Shown piece after piece: positions 1-9,429 of a DNA stretch of 41,062 nucleotides; position 1 is the first letter of the stretch, and each line of letters opens with the position of its first letter. The DNA is taken from NCBI GenBank assembly GCA_039027415.1, contig JBCCKL010000001.1:1-41062 (forward strand), written 5' to 3'. Under the pieces are notes generated by a model. The model was given only the letters and a program-made list of their open reading frames with translations. It was not told the origin of the DNA and searched no databases. This DNA is from Verrucomicrobiota bacterium (lineage in GTDB: Bacteria > Verrucomicrobiota > Verrucomicrobiia > Methylacidiphilales > JBCBYL01). The position numbers and the translations under genes were made by a program.

Positions 1-62
1 ACCTCCCCCGCTGCAATGCGGTTGGCTACAATGGCGTCCAGAACCTGAATCTTGCCCGACAT
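1..62 (-). CDS. mutL: DNA mismatch repair protein MutL, first 20 codons only (gene runs off the left window edge)
   Basis: The reverse complement of 1..62 starts with ATG and reads MSGKIQVLDAIVANRIAAGE(V). The xIxxLxxxxANxIAAGEV string is the hallmark N-terminal GHKL ATPase motif of MutL. It is too short to appear on the ORF track. Confidence 0.7.
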   Translation of the reverse strand, partial: MSGKIQVLDAIVANRIAAGE

Positions 63-165
63 AAAGCACTATCCAAGCCGAAGCCTTCTACTTACCCAAT
101 ACTAAAGTTACCGCACAAAAAGAGATTTCGATTTTCGGGAGATCGCTTATGCTGAGGGGTTAAAC

Positions 166-3039
166 ATGTCGTCAAATTCCTATATCGAGATCAAAGGCGC
201 CCGGCAGCATAACCTGCAAGAGGTTTCACTGAAGATCCCCAAGAACCAGTTGGTGGTCTTCACCGGCCCTTCGGGATCCGGCAAATCCTCTTTGGCCTTT
301 GATACTCTCTTCGCCGAAGGGCAACGGCGCTACGTGCAGAGCCTTTCCTCCTACGCCCGGCAGTTTTTAGATCAGATGGAAAAGCCGGATGTGGATTCCA
401 TCGAAGGGCTCTCGCCTGCCGTTGCCATCGAACAGCGGGGCGGAGGCGGCAATCCCCGCTCTACGGTCGGCACGGTCACCGAAATCTATGATTACCTGCG
501 CGTGCTCTACGCCAACTGCGGACAACCGTATCATCCGAACACCGGTAAAGCACTGCGCCGTGCTTCCATTCCCATCCTGGTGGATGAAATACTGAATCAG
601 CCGGCAGCCACCCGTTTTCAGGTGCTGGCTCCGGTCATCACAAAACAGACAGGATCCTTTCGCGATGTCATCGAGCGACTGAAGCGCGAAGGTTATGTCC
701 GCGTTCGTATCGATGGGGAAACCCGATTACTGGAAGACAAGATTAAACTGGATGCAGAGAAGAAGCACACCGTCGAGGTGGTGGTAGATCGATTAGGTAT
801 ATCCAGCGAATCCCGCACCCGACTGTATGAAGCCGTGGAACTGGCACTAAAGCTTGGCGACGGCATGATGGTCATCAACTGGGTGACGCGTGAGGATGAA
901 CCACCAGCCGACGACTGGGTGCGCAGCAACGGAAATTTCGACCCGGAAACCGGCTTCCACTTCCCACAACTCACACCGCGCCACTTTTCGTACAACAGTC
1001 ACATCGGTGCTTGCCCGAAATGTCATGGACTCGGCACAGAACTGGTGCCGGATCCGGAACTGATCGTTCCCGACCACTCAATCCCCATGGAAGAGATGCC
1101 TATCCGTCCGTGGAAACGCGGTGCTAAGCTGCAGGCCGCACTCAACCGCCAACGTCTCGAAGATCTCGCCCGCCATGCCAAGGTCGATATGAATGTTCCA
1201 TGGTCGCAGTTGCCGGAATCCTTTCACGAATTGGTGTTATACGGCTCCGGCGAAGAAAAGATCGAGTTCACCAGTAAACGCAAAGGTGAAACCAAGGTCT
1301 CTGCCCGCACCTTCGAAGGCGTAATGGAGGAAGTGGCCCGCCAGCACGAATCCAGTAAAAGCCCACTGAGCCGCAAACGCCTTTCCGCCTTTCTCAATAA
1401 ACACGCCTGTAAAGCTTGCGACGGGAAGCGACTGCGCCGGGAAATTTTATCGGTGTATCTGGACCAGCATCCCGACCACGAAAAACTCAACATCATCGAT
1501 TTTTGCGTGCTTCCCATTGATCAGGCATTGGCATTTATCCGGACCTATCCCTGGCCAACCGCACAGGAACAAGCGATGGGTGAAGTCATTCGCGAAATCA
1601 CTCAGCGACTGGAATTCCTAGGTGCCGTCGGGCTTGGATATCTATCGCTCAGCCGCGAAAGCTCGACCCTCTCCGGTGGTGAAATCCAACGCATCCGCCT
1701 GGCGACCCAGATCGGCTCGGGTCTGACCGGCGTGCTCTACATTCTGGATGAGCCCAGTATCGGCCTGCACCAGCGCGATAATGAACGATTGCTGGAGACC
1801 ATGCAAAAGCTCCGCGATCTCGGAAATTCTGTCGTGGTGGTGGAACATGATGAAGACACTATGCAGCTGGCGGACCGGATCTATGATTTCGGACCGGCCG
1901 CCGGAAAGCGCGGCGGCCGCATCGTGGCGGAAGGAACACCTAAAGAGCTCGCCACCCATCCGGATTCCATTACCGGCCCCTACCTTTCAGGCGACCGCTA
2001 TATCTCCATTCACTCAAATCGCACACCGATCGGGCGCGGATGGATCCGAGTCATCGGAGCACGGGAAAATAATCTCAAAAACATCGACGCCGCCATTCCG
2101 GTCGGTTGTTTCACCTGTGTCACCGGGGTTTCGGGATCCGGCAAAAGCACCTTGATCAACGACATCCTCAGCCGAGCGCTTGCCCGTAAACTCAACAACG
2201 CCAAAGCCATCCCCGGCGCACACGATCATCTGGAAGGTACGGATCTGATCGGTCGTATCATTCAGGTGGATCAATCCCCGATAGGTCGCTCACCCCGCTC
2301 CAATCCGGCTACCTATTGCGGTATCTTCGACGAGATCCGCGATCTCTTTGCGAAACTGCCGGCCGCAAAAATCCGTGGCTACCAGAAGGGTCGTTTCAGC
2401 TTCAACACCCCGGGTGGTCGCTGCGAGGTCTGTAAGGGTGATGGCTCCATCAAACTGGAAATGCAGTTCCTGCCGGATGTCTTTATTCCCTGCGAGGCCT
2501 GTAAAGGGCGCCGCTTCGATCAGGAAACGCTCGAGATCACCTACAAAGGACACAACATCGCTGATGTGCTGGAAATGACCGTTCACGAAGCCATGGACGT
2601 CTTTACCAGTATCCCTTCGCTGGTCGAAAAACTCGAAACGCTGCACCGGGTCGGTCTGGGCTACGTCCAGCTCGGCCAATCCGGCACTACGCTCTCCGGC
2701 GGAGAGGCCCAAAGAGTCAAATTGGCTGCTGAACTCGGTAAACGCTCTCCCACCCCAACGCTCTACCTTTTCGACGAACCCACCACCGGTCTACATTTCA
2801 CTGACATTGAACTGCTGCTGGAGGTCTTCTACGGGTTACGCAAGGCAGGTCATACTCTGGTCGTTATTGAGCACCATCTGGATGTGATTAAGTGCGCAGA
2901 TCATATCATTGATCTGGGACCGGAAGGCGGGCCGGGCGGTGGAGAAATCGTGGCTACTGGCACACCGGAGGAAGTTGCCCAAAACCACCTAAGTATCACT
3001 GGACAATTTCTTACACAAAAGCTGGTAAAAAGTCGCTGA
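166..3039 (+). CDS. uvrA: Excinuclease ABC subunit A (canonical class I UvrA, 957 aa)
   Basis: Two Walker A loops ([18 protein letters not shown]) and two ABC signatures ([16 protein letters not shown]). Walker B motifs [12 protein letters not shown] and FDEPTTGLH. Zn2 is CPKCHGLG...CKACDGKR and Zn3 is GRCEVCKGDG...CEACKGRR. A UvrB-binding-domain-length segment is retained and overall length is typical. GAGGGG lies 8 nt upstream of the ATG. Confidence 0.97.
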   Translation: MSSNSYIEIKGARQHNLQEVSLKIPKNQLVVFTGPSGSGKSSLAFDTLFAEGQRRYVQSLSSYARQFLDQMEKPDVDSIEGLSPAVAIEQRGGGGNPRSTVGTVTEIYDYLRVLYANCGQPYHPNTGKALRRASIPILVDEILNQPAATRFQVLAPVITKQTGSFRDVIERLKREGYVRVRIDGETRLLEDKIKLDAEKKHTVEVVVDRLGISSESRTRLYEAVELALKLGDGMMVINWVTREDEPPADDWVRSNGNFDPETGFHFPQLTPRHFSYNSHIGACPKCHGLGTELVPDPELIVPDHSIPMEEMPIRPWKRGAKLQAALNRQRLEDLARHAKVDMNVPWSQLPESFHELVLYGSGEEKIEFTSKRKGETKVSARTFEGVMEEVARQHESSKSPLSRKRLSAFLNKHACKACDGKRLRREILSVYLDQHPDHEKLNIIDFCVLPIDQALAFIRTYPWPTAQEQAMGEVIREITQRLEFLGAVGLGYLSLSRESSTLSGGEIQRIRLATQIGSGLTGVLYILDEPSIGLHQRDNERLLETMQKLRDLGNSVVVVEHDEDTMQLADRIYDFGPAAGKRGGRIVAEGTPKELATHPDSITGPYLSGDRYISIHSNRTPIGRGWIRVIGARENNLKNIDAAIPVGCFTCVTGVSGSGKSTLINDILSRALARKLNNAKAIPGAHDHLEGTDLIGRIIQVDQSPIGRSPRSNPATYCGIFDEIRDLFAKLPAAKIRGYQKGRFSFNTPGGRCEVCKGDGSIKLEMQFLPDVFIPCEACKGRRFDQETLEITYKGHNIADVLEMTVHEAMDVFTSIPSLVEKLETLHRVGLGYVQLGQSGTTLSGGEAQRVKLAAELGKRSPTPTLYLFDEPTTGLHFTDIELLLEVFYGLRKAGHTLVVIEHHLDVIKCADHIIDLGPEGGPGGGEIVATGTPEEVAQNHLSITGQFLTQKLVKSR

Positions 3040-3123
3040 ATCCTTGATACTACCGCCCTTGGATCAATGATCGGATTAGTTACGTATTAATATTTGTCGA
3101 TCCGTGCAAGCTGATCATACTAT

Positions 3124-5697
3124 TTGTTGGTTGACAGAGATATGACGCAGAAAGACGTAAGAAAAAAAATAATCGGTTACGATTTGCCAGGCACCGCGCT
3201 TACGACATTCATACTGTTGATTTGTCTGTCACCTGTACCGGCTGCAGCGGATACGAGTTTTTTTGAGCGCCGTAATATCTCTTTTGCCAAGCGAGCATTT
3301 CAGGACAATCTGTATGACGTCTCTAAGATTAAGCTCACAAAGTTTCTCGAAAAATATCCGGAAAGTGATTTTAAACACGAAGCACTCTGGCTCTTAGCTC
3401 AATCTCACTACTTTTTAGGAGAAAATGAAGCGGCGTTGAACATTCTAAACGAGGTTACACTCACACCCGATGACAAACTCATACCCGGCTTTCTTTACTG
3501 GAGAGCACAAACACTCGCCGCCAGTGATAAGTTGGAAAATTCTATAGCAGAATACCGAAAGTTTCTGAAAAGCTATCCCGATCATGAGTTGGCACCTGAT
3601 GCGCGACTGGGGTTAAGTAAGTCTTTCTTCCGGTCGGGTGATAGCAAGGAAGCCCGTAAAGCATTAACGCCACTGCTAAGCCTTGCGGACGATAACCCTG
3701 CCCATCAGGCCGCAATGCTTCAAGAGTGCCGCATACTTGTCGGCACAGAACAATATGCAGAAGCACTTAAAGTGCTCATTAAACTCAATGCTTCCAAACC
3801 CACTGGCGAACTACTCTATGAGTCTTCCTTCATTGAAGGAGAAATTTACCGCCTGCAAGGAGACAACGAAAAAGCACTAAAAGCTTATCGCCGCATTACT
3901 TCTGACGCGCTGGCACAACCACGCTCACTGGTTGTTAATGCGTGGAATGCTTCCGGAATTATACATGCCTCGCAACTGAAATGGTTAGAGGCTTCAGAAT
4001 ATTTTGAAAAAGCTTTCCGACTGGCACTCAACAGCGAACAGATACAGGAATCTGTGCAGCGATATCTCGAAGCACAATTTAATAACCAAACGCTAACTAC
4101 GGCAGCATTGGAAGTTCGTAACTTTGTAAATAAAAATCCTGAAACTGCCGTTTCCGGTCTTTATGCCATCGGTAAATACTTCTTTCTTGAAAAGAAATAC
4201 GATGCTGCCATTACCGAGCTCGACCATCTATTGATGAGTTATCCGGATTCGGAATGGGTCTGGCCAGCGAGGCTTACAATGGCTGAGGCCCTGCTACAAA
4301 AAGACCAGTATGATGAGGCTCTATCTGCCTTAAGTGAACTCACCCAAAATTCTCCCCGCAGCGAAGTCAAGACTCGGGCATTCACACTAATTGGAGAGCA
4401 ATATTTTGAGCAGCGTAAATATTCCGAAGCTGCTCAAGCCTTCCAACAAGCCGCTGAAAATGCCACTCTGACAGAACAGGAGATACTCTGGATTCGGACT
4501 CTACTAACCTTGTCACGAGCTGGTGACCTGGAGGGGTTTCTGGCTGCAGAAAAAAATTTCTTCGATTCCTACCCGAGTAGTGAATATCGTGTGGATCTGT
4601 TGATGGAAAAAGCGCAGCTGTATGAAGTCTCAGGTAAAAACCAGGAGGCTCGTGCTCTGTATTCAGAACTCATCCAAAAGAAATACGATCCGGAACAAAC
4701 AGCAGAAGCGCTGTTTCGTTTAGGATACTCCAGCTACCAATCAGGAGATAACTCAGATGCGTTAAACGCATTTACAGCGCTAGAAAAAGATCACTCAGAA
4801 TTTCCGAGACTGGATGAAGTTCTTTTTTATAAAATTCAAACCGAATACCTGCTCGATGCCAAATCACCTGAAGAAATTGTCCAATCACTGACTGATTGGA
4901 TCAAGCGTTTCCCTAATTCTGAAAAACAAGCGGAGGCCCTGAATTATACAGGTGGCATTCTAGACAATCGGGGACTCCATGCAGAGGCCGTAGCGCAACA
5001 CCGTAGTGTCTTAGAACGCTTTCCCAACACACTAGAGGCAGATCGGGCTGCATATTTTGCAGGACAATCGCTGCACAAACTAAGTCAATTTGCTGATGCC
5101 ATTACAGTGTTGGAACAGGTTCGGACAGATGCGTTATGGAAACCTGACGCAAGGATTTTGCAAATCGTATGCTACATGCGACTAGGCGATTATCCATCAG
5201 CACTAAAAGTCTCCGAATCCGTGCTCAAAGATAATCCACGACCTGCGATAGAATCTTTCGCACGACTCCGTCAAGCTGAGTGCCTTTTCACCCTAGCTTC
5301 TGATGATCGCGGTTTATATCCAGACGCCTTGAGAGCTGCAGAAGCAGTTATCAATATGGAAGCAGCAACCTCCGCAGAAAGAAATGAAGCGGGATACATC
5401 AAAGGAGAAATCTTTCAGAAACTCAATAAGTCCGGTCAGGCACTGCAAGCATTTATGGATGTCGTCTACGGTCAACTCTTACCCGAAGAAAATACCCAGC
5501 TCTCGTCACAACCGGAGTTTCACTGGTTTATCAAATCCGGTCTTGCCGCCGCCAATATCAAAGAGAATCAGGGTGATATTCGCGGTGCCGTCGAAATCTA
5601 CCGCATCCTAGAACGTATCGGTGAACCCAGCCGTAACGAATTTCGCCGAAAAATCGAAGATCTCAAAAACGAGTATTTTCTCTACGAGAGTACTTAA
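3124..5697 (+). CDS. Large TPR-repeat protein with N-terminal signal/anchor (YbgF/TPR_6-like repeats)
   Basis: 857-aa ORF. The track start is TTG 3124, with an alternative ATG at 3142. Hydrophobic N-terminus LTTFILLICLSPVPAAA. Recurrent helical repeats with the (F/Y)P-x-S/D-x(5-8)-A motif: KSYPDHELAPDARL, MSYPDSEWVWPARL, DSYPSSEYRVDLL, KRFPNSEKQAEAL, ERFPNTLEADRAAY. Confidence 0.85.
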   Translation: MLVDRDMTQKDVRKKIIGYDLPGTALTTFILLICLSPVPAAADTSFFERRNISFAKRAFQDNLYDVSKIKLTKFLEKYPESDFKHEALWLLAQSHYFLGENEAALNILNEVTLTPDDKLIPGFLYWRAQTLAASDKLENSIAEYRKFLKSYPDHELAPDARLGLSKSFFRSGDSKEARKALTPLLSLADDNPAHQAAMLQECRILVGTEQYAEALKVLIKLNASKPTGELLYESSFIEGEIYRLQGDNEKALKAYRRITSDALAQPRSLVVNAWNASGIIHASQLKWLEASEYFEKAFRLALNSEQIQESVQRYLEAQFNNQTLTTAALEVRNFVNKNPETAVSGLYAIGKYFFLEKKYDAAITELDHLLMSYPDSEWVWPARLTMAEALLQKDQYDEALSALSELTQNSPRSEVKTRAFTLIGEQYFEQRKYSEAAQAFQQAAENATLTEQEILWIRTLLTLSRAGDLEGFLAAEKNFFDSYPSSEYRVDLLMEKAQLYEVSGKNQEARALYSELIQKKYDPEQTAEALFRLGYSSYQSGDNSDALNAFTALEKDHSEFPRLDEVLFYKIQTEYLLDAKSPEEIVQSLTDWIKRFPNSEKQAEALNYTGGILDNRGLHAEAVAQHRSVLERFPNTLEADRAAYFAGQSLHKLSQFADAITVLEQVRTDALWKPDARILQIVCYMRLGDYPSALKVSESVLKDNPRPAIESFARLRQAECLFTLASDDRGLYPDALRAAEAVINMEAATSAERNEAGYIKGEIFQKLNKSGQALQAFMDVVYGQLLPEENTQLSSQPEFHWFIKSGLAAANIKENQGDIRGAVEIYRILERIGEPSRNEFRRKIEDLKNEYFLYEST

Positions 5698-5709
5698 TCT
5701 GCAGATTAA
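5694..5709. repeat. Perfect 16-bp palindrome TTAATCTGCAGATTAA overlapping the TPR gene stop codon, 20 nt from the tRNA-Pro 3' end
   Basis: Read directly: ttaatctg/cagattaa is self-complementary and contains CTGCAG. It sits between two convergent transcription units, so it could be a weak AT-rich bidirectional terminator or a protein-binding site. Confidence 0.5.
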
Positions 5710-5728
5710 TATACTTTTCGTTTGAAAC

Positions 5729-5805
5729 TGGTCGGGGTGACACGATTTGAACATGCGACATCTTGCTCCCAAAGCAAGCGCTCTACCAAGCTGAGCTACA
5801 CCCCG
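5729..5805 (-). tRNA. tRNA-Pro, anticodon TGG, 77 nt with encoded CCA
   Basis: The reverse complement folds as a cloverleaf. Acceptor CGGGGTG/CACCCCG; D arm GCTC-AGCTTGGTA-GAGC; anticodon arm CTTGC-TTTGGGA-GCAAG (anticodon TGG). Variable loop ATGTC; T arm GCATG-TTCAAAT-CGTGT; discriminator A, then CCA. Confidence 0.92.
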
Positions 5806-5959
5806 ACTAAAAGGTATCCTCCCCTCGAATATGACCTCTCGGTCTGGCCATCCTGAGGTTCAGGGGAGGCCATATCATCCACATTAATCTGGATTGTGCA
5901 ACCGCGAATTTATTCTCAATGAAGGTTTATTTTTTACTAGTCGAGTGCATAACAGATTC

Positions 5960-6904
5960 ATGCCTGCAGAGTACACCCGGATTGCTGTGATCGATATCGG
6001 AAGCAATACCATCAAATTGCTGGTAGCCGATTTTTCAGGAGGAAACCTGAAGCAGACCGTTCACTGTGAATCGGATGAAACTCGCATTGGGGGATATCTT
6101 GGCGAAGGCACTCATATCATGCCAGCAAGCACTATTGAGGCAGGGCTTAACAGTGTGAAGAAATTACTCACTCTTGCCGATTCTCATAAACCCGATCAGA
6201 TCGCCATGATCGCCACCAGCGCCGTCCGTGATGCAGATAACCGTCAAGATTTTTGTAATCGAATTCAACAGGCTACTGGACATGTCATCCAACTGTTGAG
6301 TGGAAAAGAAGAAGCCGAGTCTATTGCATTGGGAACACGCTGTGATCCTGCGTTATCCGATCTTTCGGAATTTTATATGCTGGATCAGGGCGGTGGCAGT
6401 CTGGAAATCATTCATTGGTCTGCAACTCAAACCAAGCTGGTCAGTTTACCACTTGGTGCCGTGCGTCTTTTCAAAAAATTCCTAAATGGAAACACGGGGC
6501 CAATGTCACACGCAGCAGAAGCCAAGATCCGCGAATGGGTCGACCTGCAATGGCAGAACGTTTCATGGCTTCAATCACGTTCTGATGCTCCTTGGGTCGG
6601 CGCTGGTGGAGCACTGACCTTAATTCGGCTTCTATTTGCAAAGCGACAAGGGCATAACTTTGAAGAGAGTTCAAACCAGCTTGATTTCAATGCCTTGTCC
6701 AGTTTCTATTCAGAAATAACTGCACTGAATTTGGAACAGCGCATAGACCTTGCTCGAGTACCTGAAGCCCGCGCCGACATCCTCCCCGCAGGATTGCTGG
6801 CTATCTTGCAGATTATGCAATTAGCACAAACCACATCCCTGACACATTCAGTGTATAACTTGCGCTATGGATACGCACTGAAACTCGCCAGCCAAGGCAA
6901 TTGA
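5960..6904 (+). CDS. Ppx/GppA-family phosphatase, short single-module type (~315 aa)
   Basis: N-terminal RIAVIDIGSNTIKLLVADF (ASKHA phosphate-1 motif typical of Ppx/GppA), then ATSAVRDADN and DQGGGSLEI. ATG 5960 is preferred over the track's TTG 5894 because the homologous region begins right after it. Confidence 0.85.
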   Translation: MPAEYTRIAVIDIGSNTIKLLVADFSGGNLKQTVHCESDETRIGGYLGEGTHIMPASTIEAGLNSVKKLLTLADSHKPDQIAMIATSAVRDADNRQDFCNRIQQATGHVIQLLSGKEEAESIALGTRCDPALSDLSEFYMLDQGGGSLEIIHWSATQTKLVSLPLGAVRLFKKFLNGNTGPMSHAAEAKIREWVDLQWQNVSWLQSRSDAPWVGAGGALTLIRLLFAKRQGHNFEESSNQLDFNALSSFYSEITALNLEQRIDLARVPEARADILPAGLLAILQIMQLAQTTSLTHSVYNLRYGYALKLASQGN

Positions 6905-6950
6905 TCTTGCCAGCATGTTCTCCCCTAGCGAAGATTAGCTATTGCGACTA

Positions 6951-7673
6951 ATGAAAATTCTTTCCATCTCCGACATCCATTACTCGTTGCAGCAATTTGA
7001 CTGGCTGGTCCAGAATTGTGAAGACTACGATTTAATCATCCTGGCAGGTGACATGATGGATCTGGGCTCTTACGTCGATACAGATACCCAGGCATCTGTC
7101 GTGGGTGAATACTTTAAAAAGATCTGTGCCAAAGTCCCAATGATCGTATGTTCCGGGAATCATGATCTAGTGGATGAAGGCGACGGTACCCGTACCGCTG
7201 AATGGCTACAGGATTTTGCCATCAAAGGACTGACGGTGGACGGTCAGGTCTTTGAGGGTCAGGGACTCAAAATCTTTTCTTTTCCATGGTGGGAAGAGCC
7301 AGAAGAACGCGCCAAAGTTGCAGAATGGCTGGAACAGCAAAGTGATGCTGGAACTGGCCATATTTTCTGGGTGCATCATGCGCCGCCACAAGGCACCAAA
7401 GTCAGCTGGAATGGCAAACGGGATCTGGGAGATCTCAGCGTCAAGGAATGGATCGAGAAACATCAGCCGGAAATCGTTTTTTCAGGTCACATCCATAATG
7501 CCCCCTACTATCCGGACGGCAGCTGGTACGATAAAATTGATAATACTCTCATTACCAATTCCGGACGCCAGACCGGCTCGGCACCGGCCACGATAGTGTT
7601 AGAAATTGAAAACGATCAAATTACGTGGTGCGGCATGGAAGGCTGTGAGACCCTTCCGCTGCAACAAGCCTAG
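6951..7673 (+). CDS. Calcineurin-like metallophosphoesterase (possible class III cyclic-nucleotide phosphodiesterase-like)
   Basis: Ordered motifs SDIHY, AGDMMD, SGNHD, HHAPP, SGHIHN match D-x-H / GD / GNHD / H / GHxH. ATG 6951 (MKILSISDIH) is preferred over TTG 6942. Confidence 0.85.
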   Translation: MKILSISDIHYSLQQFDWLVQNCEDYDLIILAGDMMDLGSYVDTDTQASVVGEYFKKICAKVPMIVCSGNHDLVDEGDGTRTAEWLQDFAIKGLTVDGQVFEGQGLKIFSFPWWEEPEERAKVAEWLEQQSDAGTGHIFWVHHAPPQGTKVSWNGKRDLGDLSVKEWIEKHQPEIVFSGHIHNAPYYPDGSWYDKIDNTLITNSGRQTGSAPATIVLEIENDQITWCGMEGCETLPLQQA

Positions 7674-7681
7674 ACACAGAT

Positions 7682-8146
7682 TTAATCTGTATGTGTCGGT
7701 AGCTTTTTCTTCACATCCCTATGAACGATTGCATCGAGCACTCCATCAACCATACCGACGTGATCCGAGACTTCTTTCATTTGCTCTTTAACATCCACCA
7801 GATACTTGGTAGCAGCATCGACTCGATATGCCAAAGCAACACCGACCTGCACGGCAATATCCGGGTGGGAGCGTAGGAATTCGAGTGGATTTTCGGCAAT
7901 GTGACAAACCACGTCTTCGGTCGCAATAACATCTGCACTGGCAGGTTTTTTAAGCAGCACTGACATTTCGCCCAACACACTTCCGCAAGTCTTAATCAAA
8001 GTAATACGGTGCCCGTCGCGCACGACCTCCACCTTGCCAGATTTCAGAAAAAAAAGGCAATCGTGATCCGAACCTTCTGCCACGAGCTGCTCACCAGCCG
8101 AATAGCTCTTCTCAGGTAAATGCTGTATCCATTCAAGCGGTATCAC
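7682..8146 (-). CDS. Stand-alone cyclic-nucleotide-binding (CNB/Crp-like beta-barrel) domain protein, no output domain
   Basis: 154 aa. LFFLKSGKVEVV...GSVLGEMSVLLKKPASADVIA aligns with the CNB phosphate-binding cassette GELAL...PR(A/S)A(T)V. The conserved Arg is Ala here. No HTH or other domain follows. Confidence 0.8.
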   Translation of the reverse strand: MIPLEWIQHLPEKSYSAGEQLVAEGSDHDCLFFLKSGKVEVVRDGHRITLIKTCGSVLGEMSVLLKKPASADVIATEDVVCHIAENPLEFLRSHPDIAVQVGVALAYRVDAATKYLVDVKEQMKEVSDHVGMVDGVLDAIVHRDVKKKLPTHTD

Positions 8147-8191
8147 AGATATGACTTAAATCGAGTGCCCTATATTTAACAAGCTTAAAGA

Positions 8192-9316
8192 TTAGACATT
8201 GAATCGGAATTCCATCACATCGCCGTCCTGGACTACGTAATCTTTTCCTTCAATTCGCAATTTACCAGCTTCCTTGGCCTTGGCCTGGGATCCCAGAGTT
8301 TTAAGATCTTCAAAACTCACCGTCTCAGCGGCAATAAATCCTCGCTCGAAATCGGTATGTATTACGCCTGCCGCCTGCGGTGCTTTGTCCCCCTGCTTGA
8401 TGGTCCAGGCTCGGGTCTCCTGCTTACCTGTTGTGAGATAAGTCTGCAAACCGAGCAGTGAATATACAGCTTTGATTAACTGACCAACGCCGGATTCCTT
8501 GACTCCGATACCCTCCAGATACTCCGCAGCCTCTTCCGAGGAAAGTTCCATGAGTTCGGACTCGATCTGTGCACTGATAATTACGGATCCAGCTCCTAGA
8601 TGATCCTGGCAGTATTGTTCTACTTGTGCAACTCGCTTACCGGTTTCCGATTCCCGTTTGCCTGCCGCCAGTTCTGCCAGATCTTCTTCCTTCACATTAC
8701 AGGCAAACAAAGTTGGGCTGGAGGTCAGCAGGAAAAACGATTTAGCAACGACTTCCTGTTCATCCGAAAAATCACAGGTCAAGGCAGGTTTACCGGCGTC
8801 CAGTTCATCTTTGAGAACGGCTAAGACTTCCAACTGTTGTTTGGCATCCTTATCACCGGTGCGAGCCAGCTTGGCAATCCGATTTTCCTGTTTATCCAGT
8901 GAAGCCATATCCGCCAGAATAAGCTCTGTCATAATCACTTCAATATCCCGCAAGGGATCCACAGTACCATCCACATGATGAATATCGGCATCTTCAAAAC
9001 AGCGAACAACTTGGACAATGGCATCGGTTTCCCGAATATTAGCTAAAAATTGATTTCCCAGGCCTTCCCCTTCACTGGCTCCTTTGACCAGTCCTGCAAT
9101 ATCCATCATCTCGATCACGGCAGGGATCTCTTTTTCACTCTCGGATATTTTAGTTAGGACTTCCAATCGTTCATCCGGAACGGTTACGATACCCACATTG
9201 GGCTCGATAGTACAAAATGGATAGTTACCCGATTCCGCCTTACGGGTTCGCGTCATTGCATTAAACAAAGTACTTTTACCAACATTGGGTAACCCTACGA
9301 TTCCAGCTCTTAGCAT
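8192..9316 (-). CDS. ychF: Redox-regulated ribosome-binding ATPase YchF
   Basis: GIVGLPNVGKSTLFNA (G1) and DIAGLVKGAS (G3). The C-terminal TGS-like tail is AGVIHTDFERGFI...EGKDYVVQDGDVMEFRFNV. 374 aa is a typical length. Confidence 0.97.
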   Translation of the reverse strand: MLRAGIVGLPNVGKSTLFNAMTRTRKAESGNYPFCTIEPNVGIVTVPDERLEVLTKISESEKEIPAVIEMMDIAGLVKGASEGEGLGNQFLANIRETDAIVQVVRCFEDADIHHVDGTVDPLRDIEVIMTELILADMASLDKQENRIAKLARTGDKDAKQQLEVLAVLKDELDAGKPALTCDFSDEQEVVAKSFFLLTSSPTLFACNVKEEDLAELAAGKRESETGKRVAQVEQYCQDHLGAGSVIISAQIESELMELSSEEAAEYLEGIGVKESGVGQLIKAVYSLLGLQTYLTTGKQETRAWTIKQGDKAPQAAGVIHTDFERGFIAAETVSFEDLKTLGSQAKAKEAGKLRIEGKDYVVQDGDVMEFRFNV

Positions 9317-9372
9317 CGATACGTGTTACGCGAAAGTTCCTGCGGGGTGAAGCAAATACGACTTTCACAGGC

Positions 9373-9405
9373 AAAAAAATACGCACGACCGGAGCCGTGC
9401 GTATT
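9373..9405 (-). terminator. Rho-independent terminator downstream of amt
   Basis: On the minus strand, AATACGCACG-(8-nt loop)-CGTGCGTATT (10-bp stem, 9378..9405) is followed by a T7 run (A7 at 9373..9379 on the plus strand). It starts 25 nt after the amt stop. Confidence 0.7.
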
Positions 9406-9429
9406 TTCAGACAACACCAACAGGAAAAT

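Noticed and set aside
63-165. Looked for SOS/LexA operators upstream of uvrA (63..165) and upstream of the fused uvrA (17115..17183). This covered the TGTTC-N4-GAACA palindrome I recall for Verrucomicrobia and the CTGT-N8-ACAG type. I also noted the 4-codon uORF ATG CTG AGG GGT TAA at 149..163.
   Set aside because: No such palindromes are visible in either spacer. The uORF overlaps the likely SD (GAGGGG) and is too short to support any claim.
3040-5893. tRNA-Pro as an integration site, i.e. the AT-richer TPR gene next to the tRNA 3' end as a genomic island
   Set aside because: I found no integrase and no direct repeat of the tRNA 3' half elsewhere in the window. The adjacent gene is an ordinary envelope TPR protein.
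7676-7690. Small hairpin ACAGAT-TTA-ATCTGT between the convergent metallophosphoesterase and CNB genes, and an all-AT hairpin ATAATTTT-TTTCT-AAAATTAT at 29971..29991
   Set aside because: The stems are 6-8 bp and AT-rich, with no clear U-tracts, making them too weak to call as terminators. The first also overlaps a stop codon.
8048-8055. Homopolymer tracts as phase-variation switches: A8 at 8048..8055 inside the CNB gene, A8 at 3163..3170 in the TPR gene 5' end, and A7 at 17698..17704
   Set aside because: The tracts are short (7-8 nt) and encode ordinary Lys/Phe codons. There is no sign of frameshifted alternative ORFs. This is not enough to claim slipped-strand regulation.
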